64,000 nt of DNA, from NCBI GenBank assembly GCA_963840455.1, contig CAWIYV010000011.1, positions 512,001-576,000 on the forward strand. Direction: 5' to 3'. A program made the position numbers and the translations under genes. Shown here one piece after another: positions 29,731-39,649 of this stretch. Source of the stretch: Nitrospirota bacterium (lineage in GTDB: Bacteria > Nitrospirota > UBA9217). A model generated the notes under the pieces. It saw only the letters and a program-made list of their open reading frames with translations. It was not told the origin of the DNA and made no database searches. Within the stretch, counting starts at the first letter, position 1. Every line of letters begins with the position of its first letter.

Positions 29731-31983
29731 ATGCCCAGGCTCACTTATAAGACACTCGTCTACGGCGCGGCAGGGGCTTTCGGCGGATCAGCCGCCTGGG
29801 CCTTTGTCCTGGCCTTGTCCCAGACCATGCGCAGCGGTCTCCTGACCGAGATAGCGCTCGGCTCGATCGTGGGCATGTTCATCGGCGGGTTCGTCTGGAG
29901 CCACGAGGCCATTACCGGAAGGCAGTTCCGCACCGCGCTCGAGCGCGCGGCCTTCGGCGCTCTGGCCGGCATCCTGGGCGGAGGGCTCGGCGCGGGTCAA
30001 GGCAATACGGTCTTTTCCGCACTCGGACGATACGTAGCGAACCTGGGCGGGTTCCGCGCGTCCCTGGGCATTGCCCTCTCCGTGGCCCTGGGATGGGCGG
30101 TCCTGGGGGCCGCGATCGGCATCAGCGGCGGCTTAATGGTCCGCTCCCGCTCGCGCGCCTGGTACGGCCTGGCCGGCGGATCCCTGGGAGGATTTCTCGG
30201 AGGCTTTCTGTTCAATGCCCTCTCGACAACGAACGTCTGGTCGGCCCTGGCAGGTCTTACCCTGCTCGGGCTTTCCATCGGCGCTTTCATCAGTCTCGTC
30301 GAGGAAGCCTTTGTCTCGGCAAAGGTGAAAGTGATCAAGGGACGGCACCTGGGCAGGGAGTTCCCGCTCCTCAAGGAACTGAGCGTCATCGGCCGCGATG
30401 ACCGCTCAGATGTCTGTCTTTCCGGCGCCGAAGGCGTAGCGAACCAGCACGCAGGCATCCGGCGGAACAACGGCCATTTCATCATCGAGACCGACGAAGA
30501 GGGAAAACCCGTGTACGTGAACCAGAAGATGACGCGGAACAGCAGGCTCGCCGATGGCGATGTCATCCGCGTGGGCAGCATCCTGCTCATGTTCTCGGCG
30601 GTCAGGAAAGCAGTGGCGATCGCAGCCGTGACCGTCATGCTGTGCCTCTCCGTGGTGGCAGGGAGTACGGCACTGGCGGCCGGACCCGCATCAGCCCAGA
30701 TCACCCAGTTCGACCTGAGCGGTTTCCCGACAGTGAAGATGTATGTTTCCGTACTTGATGCGGACGGCAACCCGGTCCGCGGCCTGAGCAAGGAAGCGGT
30801 GACGCTCAGCGAGAACGGACGCCCCGTCGCGGTGGACGCGATGCAGATGACCGGGACGAAAGTCACGCGCGAGCCCTTGAGCCTTGCCATTGTGGTGGAC
30901 CGGAGCGAGTCCATGACCGGCGAAAAAATCGAACACGCCAGGGAATCGGTCGACCGTTTTCTTTCGCTCATGCAGCAGGGAGACCGGGCAGCCCTCATCG
31001 CCTTCAGCGATTCCATCGTGAAGCTCGAATCACTGACTGACAACATCGGACTTCTCAGGCAGGCGACGGCCGCCATCCGGCCCGGCGGGCACACTGCGCT
31101 CTACGATGCCGTGGTTGCCGGCGTGGCCTCGGTCCAGGGAGTACCGGGCAGGCGGGCAGTGATCGTCCTGACCGACGGGATCGCCAACCGCGGCTCCCTC
31201 GACATCGACCAGGCAATCGCCGCAGCTGCTAAAGAGTACGTCTCAGTCTCCGTCATCGGCCTGGGCAAGGACGTCCGGGCATCTCGGCTCGAGCGGATCG
31301 CCATAGAGACCGGGGGCTCCTACTTTTTTACGCCCTCCGCCGTCGGACTGATGGATATCTACGATACCATCGGCAACAGGATCCGGAACGAGTACGCCGT
31401 CACCTTCGTGACCGAAAAGCGGGCTGCATACCTCCGTAACCTTTGGCTCACCCTTGCTTCAGGCCAACATGCAACACGCTCCTATTTCCAGCCCCAGTCC
31501 TCGCTCTTCGGTGCCGGTAGCATGCTGCCCCCATGGGCCTTTGCCGTCCCTCTTGCGAGCATACTGGGGCTTGTGGCCGTCTCGCTCCGCAGGGTGGAGC
31601 GGTACTACGAGACCGGCCATCTGAGCCTCGTGCGCGGCACGGGCACGAAGAAGGACATCAATATCAATTCCCGTGTGACCATTGGAAGGGACGAGCGTAA
31701 TACCCTCGGCCTCTTCAAGGACAGCGGCATCGACCAGCGGCACGCCGAGGTCGTCCGGGAGAGCGGCAAATATATTATCGAGGACAAGGGTTCTGCTGCC
31801 GGGACCTACGTGAACAAGACCCGCGTCGCGGGCAGGCAGGCGCTTCAGGACGGCGACGTCATCACCATGGGCAACGCCACCATCATATTCAGCGAGGAGA
31901 CCAGGCCGACCTGTCCTGACTGCGGCGGCGCCCTGAGGCCGAAGGCGAAGTTCTGCGCCAAGTGTGGAGCGAAACAGGCTTAG
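29731..31983 (+). CDS. Multi-TM membrane protein: TM bundle-FHA-TM-vWA-TM-FHA-zinc ribbon
   Basis: Gly-rich TM N-terminus; IGRDD..QHA; VDRSESM/LTDG vWA; IGRDE..RHA..GTYVN; CPDCGG..FCAKCG. Confidence 0.85.
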   Translation: MPRLTYKTLVYGAAGAFGGSAAWAFVLALSQTMRSGLLTEIALGSIVGMFIGGFVWSHEAITGRQFRTALERAAFGALAGILGGGLGAGQGNTVFSALGRYVANLGGFRASLGIALSVALGWAVLGAAIGISGGLMVRSRSRAWYGLAGGSLGGFLGGFLFNALSTTNVWSALAGLTLLGLSIGAFISLVEEAFVSAKVKVIKGRHLGREFPLLKELSVIGRDDRSDVCLSGAEGVANQHAGIRRNNGHFIIETDEEGKPVYVNQKMTRNSRLADGDVIRVGSILLMFSAVRKAVAIAAVTVMLCLSVVAGSTALAAGPASAQITQFDLSGFPTVKMYVSVLDADGNPVRGLSKEAVTLSENGRPVAVDAMQMTGTKVTREPLSLAIVVDRSESMTGEKIEHARESVDRFLSLMQQGDRAALIAFSDSIVKLESLTDNIGLLRQATAAIRPGGHTALYDAVVAGVASVQGVPGRRAVIVLTDGIANRGSLDIDQAIAAAAKEYVSVSVIGLGKDVRASRLERIAIETGGSYFFTPSAVGLMDIYDTIGNRIRNEYAVTFVTEKRAAYLRNLWLTLASGQHATRSYFQPQSSLFGAGSMLPPWAFAVPLASILGLVAVSLRRVERYYETGHLSLVRGTGTKKDININSRVTIGRDERNTLGLFKDSGIDQRHAEVVRESGKYIIEDKGSAAGTYVNKTRVAGRQALQDGDVITMGNATIIFSEETRPTCPDCGGALRPKAKFCAKCGAKQA

Positions 31984-32140
31984 GGTAGGACCGATAACCC
32001 TTGACACGGACAAGGGCGGATCTTACATATGAAGAAGCATGATCAAAACTTTGCCCTATCAGCTCTTTTTTCAGGGTTCTGATCGGCCTCGATCAGCATC
32101 AAAGATCTTCTTTAAAGTGGCTATGTACGGAGGTCATACT

Positions 32141-33325
32141 ATGAGCCGGCTGCTGAAAAATAGATACGAGATCATCGGCCTCCTCGGTACGGGCGGGATG
32201 GGCTCTGTCTACAAGGTCGCTGACCGGGACTGGAAAGGCAGGATCCTGGCTGCCAAGGAGCTCCGTTCCGACGGGCTTTCTCTGGTGAAGGCGCAGGAGG
32301 CCCTCACCCAGTTCCAGACCGAAGCAAGGATCCTGGCGCGGCTCACGCACCCGAACCTTCCCAAGGTCTACGACTACTTCAGCTTGCCGGGAAGGCATTA
32401 CATCATCATGGAATACGTGAAGGGAAAGACGCTGGAAGCGTTGCTTCGCAGCCGCAAGGGGCAGCCCGTGGATGAACGACTGGCCCTGTCCTGGGCGCTC
32501 CAGATCTGCCGGGCCATGCAGTTCCTGAGCGTCCAGAAGCCGCCCGTCGTGTTCCGCGACCTCAAGCCCTCAAACATCATGATCGAACCGGACGGCAAGG
32601 TCAAGTTGATCGATTTCGGCATCGCCCGGTTCTTCAAGGAGGATAAGCGGGAGGACACTTATGTGTACGGCACGCCGGGGTATGCTGCGCCCGAGCAGTA
32701 CGGCACAGGCCAGACCAATGTGCGCTCCGACATCTTCTCCCTTGGCGCCACGCTCCACCACTGCCTTACTGGAAGGGATCCCTCGGAAAGCCCTCTCGAG
32801 TTTCCTGATGCTCGGTCGCTGAACCCAAATTTGAACAAGGGAACCTCCCGGATCCTCACGAAGGCGCTCGACCTGGAGATGGGCAGGCGGTACAAAACAC
32901 CCCTCGATATGAAACGGGCGCTCCAGAGCGTGCTCCGGAACATCGAGATATTGCCGCGGGGTGTTGACAACGTCATCCATGCCGAGCCGGGAAAGCCCAT
33001 CACGTTGCCGTGGTGGAAGAAGACCAGTTGGGTGAGCGTGCCGGTGATGGCACTCGGATGCAGCGGTACAACGGGTACGCTGTCGTCCGATGACCGTTGG
33101 CTCCATCCCAGGCCCAAGGCCTTCAGCCACGGTTCGTCGCAGCTTCTGTTCCGCGTCGACGGGGCAAAGCTCAGGATGGGAAGGGAGTACCACCCGCGGA
33201 TCACCGTGTGCACCGATGCCGGCATTCTCCGGCCGCAGTTGTCCTTCAAGCGGCCATGGCCATGGATGCTGATCGAAGCGGCGATCATTGCGGCGGCTCT
33301 AGCAGGGTTGTTCATGATAAGGTAA
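32141..33325 (+). CDS. Hanks-type Ser/Thr protein kinase with C-terminal beta-rich domain and TM anchor
   Basis: LGTGGMGSVY, AAKEL, FRDLKPSN, DFG, GTPGYAAPEQ. Confidence 0.95.
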   Translation: MSRLLKNRYEIIGLLGTGGMGSVYKVADRDWKGRILAAKELRSDGLSLVKAQEALTQFQTEARILARLTHPNLPKVYDYFSLPGRHYIIMEYVKGKTLEALLRSRKGQPVDERLALSWALQICRAMQFLSVQKPPVVFRDLKPSNIMIEPDGKVKLIDFGIARFFKEDKREDTYVYGTPGYAAPEQYGTGQTNVRSDIFSLGATLHHCLTGRDPSESPLEFPDARSLNPNLNKGTSRILTKALDLEMGRRYKTPLDMKRALQSVLRNIEILPRGVDNVIHAEPGKPITLPWWKKTSWVSVPVMALGCSGTTGTLSSDDRWLHPRPKAFSHGSSQLLFRVDGAKLRMGREYHPRITVCTDAGILRPQLSFKRPWPWMLIEAAIIAAALAGLFMIR

Positions 33326-33483
33326 GGAAAAGACTCACTGACGAGAAGATTCCGCTTGTTGCGCAAACCTTCTCGTATAGGGAACATCATCATTAGCACT
33401 ATTTAACAGCCTGTTCGTGCTTCTCCTCCCATTGCGCCAAGCAACAGGGATAACAACTTCCCCCATATATCCGAAAAGTTTTG

Positions 33484-33625
33484 CAGATTGCTGAAAGAGT
33501 CCAGGATTGTCATTGCGAGGAGCGATTTGTGCGACGAAGCAATCTCTAAGCACCTGATATGTTTAACTGCAAGATTGCTTCGCTACGCTCGCAAAGACAG
33601 TAAATAAGTCTTTTTCAATGACCTG
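33484..33625. repeat. REP/MITE-like palindromic element
   Basis: Nested inverted repeats GTCATTGCGAG..CGAAGCAATCT / AGATTGCTTCG..CTCGCAAAGAC; weak outer IR (12/18) CAGATTGCTGAAAGAGTC / GTCTTTTTCAATGACCTG. Confidence 0.7.
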
Positions 33626-33787
33626 TTAAATCCGCACCATGATCTCCTGCACTGATCCTGTACGATGACCTGTAATGACCTCCCAGAACCAATAAGCCCG
33701 CACTGAAGGGTATCTTCACCTCTCTAGATATAAATATACAATAAATACAATATGTTATATGCTTGTCTAGCAAAAAACAAATTAAAC

Positions 33788-33816
33788 TTGACAAAACTAT
33801 TAAAATTAGTTAAGCT
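33788..33816 (+). promoter_or_regulatory. sigma70-type promoter
   Basis: TTGACA-17-TAAGCT upstream of an ORF with RBS AAGGAGG. Confidence 0.65.
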
Positions 33817-33849
33817 ATTTACCATAGAACTACAAAGGAGGGACCTGAT

Positions 33850-34572
33850 ATGAAAGATCGACTGATCGCGCTATTTGCCGCCCTGTTTACTGCATTTATC
33901 GCCCTGATTCTTGGAGGGTCATTGCTCGGCTTCGCCTATGGAGATCCCGGCGCCATCGGTGGCGGATATCCAGCAACGAATCAGCCCGTCATCAATGAAA
34001 AGACCGGCGAGCTGGGAACAGACATCTTCAGACTGGTCGGCGATGGCCAGGCCCCCGTACTTTCGGAGGATGGAACACAGATCGCCTACTACGACGACAA
34101 CTATCAGATCTGGACAGTGCAGGTAAACGGCAGCGGGCGTACGAAGCTTACCTCAGGGTACTTCGATCTGTACCCTTCCTGGTCGCCGGACGGAAAGAGG
34201 ATCGCCTTTCGTCGCAGCACCATGATCGAAGGCAGCAGTCACAGCGACATCTGGATCATGAACAGTGATGGCTCCGATCAGATGCCGTTGACCGATGCCC
34301 TGAGTACGCAAGGGGCCTATGACCGACCTGCATGGTCGCCCGATGGAACGAAGATCGCCATGGAGGCTGCTGTCGACGGAATGATGAGCGAGATCTATAT
34401 CATCGACGTCAACACGAAAGTGCTCTTTAACGTGACCGCCGGGAACAGCCGGGACAGCAATAGGATCAACCACCAGTCCCCCTCATGGCTTGCGGATGGC
34501 GAGCAGATCGCTCTTATCCGGAACGATGACTTTGCCATCATAAGGACTGACGGCACGGGACTGAAACAGTGA
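33850..34572 (+). CDS. Exported TolB-like PD40/WD40 repeat protein, short (possibly truncated)
   Basis: Signal/TM N-terminus; repeats PSWSPDGKRIAF, PAWSPDGTKIA, PSWLADGEQIA; only about 4 blades. Confidence 0.8.
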   Translation: MKDRLIALFAALFTAFIALILGGSLLGFAYGDPGAIGGGYPATNQPVINEKTGELGTDIFRLVGDGQAPVLSEDGTQIAYYDDNYQIWTVQVNGSGRTKLTSGYFDLYPSWSPDGKRIAFRRSTMIEGSSHSDIWIMNSDGSDQMPLTDALSTQGAYDRPAWSPDGTKIAMEAAVDGMMSEIYIIDVNTKVLFNVTAGNSRDSNRINHQSPSWLADGEQIALIRNDDFAIIRTDGTGLKQ

Positions 34573-34696
34573 ATCGGAGGGAAGAACGTCAGGCGCGCGG
34601 AACTGGCAGAGAATACCGTCCTAGGTATTATGGTGTAAATTCACTAACCGTTATGATATAATGGCGTTACTTGAGTAACCGTTATGCGGTAAGATT

Positions 34697-34900
34697 ATGA
34701 TGAAGAACATGAAGGGCTTTACGCTTATCGAACTCCTGATTGTGGTGGCCATCATCGCCGTTCTGGCGGCAGTTGCCATCCCGCAGTTCGCGTCATATCG
34801 TGTGAAGGCCTACAACGCAGCGGCCCAAACCGATCTCAGAAATTTCAAGGCTCAGATGGAATCCGTAATGGTTGAACGGATGGTCTATCCTACCTTTTAA
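34697..34900 (+). CDS. pilA: Short type IVa prepilin (Geobacter PilA-N-like)
   Basis: KG|FTLIELLIVVAII class III signal with E5; 60-aa mature peptide ...PQFASYRVKAYNAAAQTDLRN...YPTF. Confidence 0.9.
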   Translation: MMKNMKGFTLIELLIVVAIIAVLAAVAIPQFASYRVKAYNAAAQTDLRNFKAQMESVMVERMVYPTF

Positions 34901-35089
34901 CAAACCAAAACAACCTTAACGCGGACCTGGCCATTGCTGGTCATTGATGCTGGTTTAATCGTGGTGCTGTCGCGGTAATGCTGATGGTGAAGTAGAGCAG
35001 GTGGAGACACTGAGGGATTCACCTACAATCTGAAACGGTGACGGTCAATGGGAAATGCAGAATATCAGTTGAAACATGCACATAACGAA

Positions 35090-35121
35090 AATCCAGCGGG
35101 GATATTGATCCCCGCTGGATT
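35090..35121. terminator. Bidirectional terminator hairpin
   Basis: AATCCAGCGGGGAT-attg-ATCCCCGCTGGATT perfect 14-bp stem between convergent genes. Confidence 0.75.
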
Positions 35122-35229
35122 GATTTGAGCAATAGGCTCCTAAATGGTTGTCATTGTTTTATGGCATCACAATTATTGCACTATGAAGTCTCGCTGCAAT
35201 AACCTTATGCCCTGCTGCAACACTGCAGT

Positions 35230-36348
35230 TTAATCTTCGGTGTTCTTTTCCTTCTTGTGATCAATCGGCTCTGTACACTCATATTCAACTTCTACCCTGG
35301 CTGCAAGGAAGTTGGTGCTTGCGCTATCATATCCGTACAGCTTGACCTCAATCCATGCGTCGTTGGCAAGAGTTCCCTTGACAACTGCCTTGCTGAAGTC
35401 AACAGTCATCGTTTTTCCCTTTTTGTAGGTGAGGGTTAAGGTATGGTTCGTTGTCGTATAATTTGAAACCAATCCCTCCACTTTCACAAAGATCTCGGAT
35501 GCCTCGATAGTCTTGTTAGCATAATCGATGGTCGAGGTCGTAACCAGTGTTCTCAAGCCATCCTGCTGAGCACGTTGGAGAAGATCGTCAAGAGCCGGTT
35601 GCTGAGACGATGTGATGCCCGAATACAACACCGTGAACGAACGAGGATGCCTCGAAAGGGTGAATGCATCGGTTGATGTGGTCAGATTCACGACGAGGCC
35701 GGTAATTGCCTCGTGACGGTAAAGGCGCTCGAACTCATTTCCGTGGATAGGCGACACTTTCATGGTTACAGAGCACGACGGGGTGCCGAAGTTATCGACA
35801 TCAAAATCTTTCAGCCTGAAATCGAGCGCAACTTTGTTGTAGTGGTTTACCAGCACGTTGACTGCGCCGTTGATGTCCAGTGAGCAAGAGTCTCCGTTGC
35901 AATACAGCCTGTTCACATGGTTGGCTTCGTCCTTATAGGATGTGAAGGAGCAAGTCGACTTGGTCACGGCACTGTCCATGAGTTCAACGGACTTGTCAAA
36001 TTCGATATGCAGCCTGTTGTAAGGCACTGCAGGGCATTCGGCAATGCTCAAAAGCTGCAACACATTAGATAGATTAGCAATGTCGATCTTCAGCGGCGTC
36101 GATGGCGTCGTCATTGTCGTCAATACGTCACAAGTTGCGGTGCTGCCTGTATTCAGGACGGTCACCTTGTTGATGGTCACGATCACCTGCTTATAATCCG
36201 ACATGTTATCGGTGGCGTAGAGAGCCACCGTGCCGGTCGAAGCTCCTCCCCCGCTGTTCCCGCCGCTGCAGGAGTTGAACACGGTGACCGCTATAATGAG
36301 CAGTACTGTTCCCGCAATGACACTGATAAATGCATTTCTTTTACTCAT
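35230..36348 (-). CDS. Lipoprotein, DUF4382-like N-domain with DUF5666-like C-terminal repeats
   Basis: Lipobox FNSC then GGNSGGG linker; VALYATD, LDF motif; KVEGLV...WIEVK...ARVEVE. Confidence 0.65.
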   Translation of the reverse strand: MSKRNAFISVIAGTVLLIIAVTVFNSCSGGNSGGGASTGTVALYATDNMSDYKQVIVTINKVTVLNTGSTATCDVLTTMTTPSTPLKIDIANLSNVLQLLSIAECPAVPYNRLHIEFDKSVELMDSAVTKSTCSFTSYKDEANHVNRLYCNGDSCSLDINGAVNVLVNHYNKVALDFRLKDFDVDNFGTPSCSVTMKVSPIHGNEFERLYRHEAITGLVVNLTTSTDAFTLSRHPRSFTVLYSGITSSQQPALDDLLQRAQQDGLRTLVTTSTIDYANKTIEASEIFVKVEGLVSNYTTTNHTLTLTYKKGKTMTVDFSKAVVKGTLANDAWIEVKLYGYDSASTNFLAARVEVEYECTEPIDHKKEKNTED

Positions 36349-36660
36349 GACGCACCTCCTCCTTTTCTCGTCAGATGTTACGGCAGCGTTTGCTTGGCAT
36401 CTTCATGATGTGTAATTCTGCGGTAGTAATATAATATATTTTATTATACCACTGAAAATGGCGCCCTTGTGTAACGGCCCCGGTTTTCTTGGACACGGAT
36501 CTGTGGTAAATCATATGTCCGAGTTGAAGTATTTCAGAAAAATGAGAAGACGGGTAATTGAGGGGATGACGAATTACGACTAAATGAGACATTGAATATT
36601 ACAAAGAATTGAAACAACAACAGTTACAGGAAGTTGCTCGCTCGTCGTCAGACGCTACTG

Positions 36661-38007
<1,347 letters not shown>

Positions 38008-38072
38008 ATCGACATTGTATCACAAGACAGGGGAAATGATGATACCGAAGAGATCGGCCGACCATGCCCTCA

Positions 38073-38121
38073 TTGAAGTTCCCTGAAGCAAGCTGCTAGG
38101 AATACCTCGCTCCTGGATTCA
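38073..38121. repeat. Internally deleted copy of the ~112-bp dispersed palindromic repeat
   Basis: TTGAAGTTCCCTGAAGCAAGCTGCTAGGAAT..CTCGCTCCTGGATTCA matches both ends of the 59363 copy. Confidence 0.8.
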
Positions 38122-38122
38122 G

Positions 38123-38138
38123 GGGTACGACGCATGCT
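38123..38138 (+). promoter_or_regulatory. Possible sigma54 promoter for the FHA-PP2C-kinase unit
   Basis: GGGTACGACGCATGCT: GG-N10-GC, weaker match. Confidence 0.45.
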
Positions 38139-38211
38139 TTGACCTTGACCTTTCCCCGGGAGTGTCTTATCATATTTTCCATCTGACCTTGGAACGCGGA
38201 GGGAACGACCG

Positions 38212-38610
38212 ATGGGACCTGCGGCAGGAGACGACAAGACCCGGATAAGTACTCCATCAGTATCAAAACAGAAGATCCCGGCGCGGTACCAGGCTTCCGT
38301 AGTGATCGTGCAGGGATACGCCGAGGGCATGGAATATTCCGTCGACAGAACGTACGCCGTGATCGGCAGGAACAAGGACGCTGCGGTCCCGCTAAGGGAC
38401 CCCCTCGCCTCGCGTGAGCACGCTGTCATCGTGTTCCATGACGGCGTTTTCGTCCTGAAGGACCTGGAGAGCACCAACGGCACGCACATGCGGGGCGCGT
38501 CCATCAGGCAGCGGAAACTGCGCCACGGCGACAAGTTCCGCGTGGGAGACACGGTCCTCCAGTTCATCCTCCAGGACAGCGGCAGGGCCAGGACCTACGA
38601 GATCGCGTAG
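38212..38610 (+). CDS. Stand-alone FHA domain protein with N-terminal extension
   Basis: VIGRN, ASREHA, DLESTNGT, LRHGDKFRVG. Confidence 0.92.
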   Translation: MGPAAGDDKTRISTPSVSKQKIPARYQASVVIVQGYAEGMEYSVDRTYAVIGRNKDAAVPLRDPLASREHAVIVFHDGVFVLKDLESTNGTHMRGASIRQRKLRHGDKFRVGDTVLQFILQDSGRARTYEIA

Positions 38611-39372
38611 ATGAAGCTCATTACCTTCGGTGCGACCGACCCCGGAAGGAAGCGGGCCAACAACGAAGACGCCTATCTCCTTGATGACCGGCTGCGCCTG
38701 TACGCCGTTGCCGATGGGGTGGGCGGCGTCGAAGGCGGCGAGGTCGCGAGCCGGATCGCCGTGGAAACGCTAGGGGAGGCGATGCCGGACCTGCTCGGCG
38801 ACAGGGACCGCACCCCGCCCGCCGGACGCTCTTCCGGCGAGGGGACGGAATTGACTGCGTTGCGCTCGGCGGTCTCCTTCGCCCACCGAACCATTCGCGC
38901 CGCAGTCGGGAAGGCGCCCGGTCTTGCCGACATGGGTACAACGCTCACGGCGCTACTGCTGGCGAATAAACGAGCGTACCTGGTCCATATCGGGGACAGC
39001 CGGGCCTATCTCCTCCGTGCCGGCGAACTCACCCAAATAACGAACGACCACTCCGTCGTTGCGGAGCAGGTACGTGCGGGACGTCTCACGGCCGGAGAAG
39101 CGAAGACCAGCCCCTACCGCCACGTGATCACCCGGGCGCTCGGCATCGCCGAGGATGCCGCCCCCGACCTTGCGGAGCGGCCGATACAGAAGAACGACAC
39201 GTTCCTGCTGTGCTCCGACGGCCTGACCGAGATGGTGGATGACGCCGGTATCAGGACGATCCTCTCCGGATTCCCTACCCGGGATGCAGTGAAAAAGCTG
39301 ATCGACGCGGCGAACGGCAGGGGCGGCGTGGACAATATCACCGCTGTCGTGGTGCAGGTGCTGGAGATCTAG
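38611..39372 (+). CDS. PP2C/Stp1-family Ser/Thr phosphatase
   Basis: RANNEDA, VADGVGG, MGTT, IGDSRAY, LCSDGL, GGVDNIT. Confidence 0.93.
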   Translation: MKLITFGATDPGRKRANNEDAYLLDDRLRLYAVADGVGGVEGGEVASRIAVETLGEAMPDLLGDRDRTPPAGRSSGEGTELTALRSAVSFAHRTIRAAVGKAPGLADMGTTLTALLLANKRAYLVHIGDSRAYLLRAGELTQITNDHSVVAEQVRAGRLTAGEAKTSPYRHVITRALGIAEDAAPDLAERPIQKNDTFLLCSDGLTEMVDDAGIRTILSGFPTRDAVKKLIDAANGRGGVDNITAVVVQVLEI

Positions 39373-39649
39373 CTGCACAGAACAACGCCTCGTGGAAGCA
39401 CGGGTCCCGGCACCGTTGGGATGCACAGATCAGAGAAGAGCTCTACATACGTTGACCACGGAGGCCACCGAGGACCCAGAGGAACGCGAAACACCTCTCG
39501 TCCGGGCTTTTTTCGGTGAGCTCTGTTATCTCAGCGGAAAAGATTCGCTTTTGTATCAAGGAATCATCGTTCTTATTCGTGTTCCCGCGCACCTGCGGGA
39601 CCGTGGTTAAGAGGCAGTGGTCCGGGCATCTCCCGATCAGGATGGCAGT

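Noticed and set aside
34901-35089. PilA-C-like partner gene after the short pilin
   Set aside because: No ORF of suitable length with a signal peptide before the terminator
35161-35181. Additional sigma54 promoter TGGCATCACAATTATTGC
   Set aside because: GG-to-GC spacing is longer than the required 10 nt, and it points into the 3' end of a minus-strand gene
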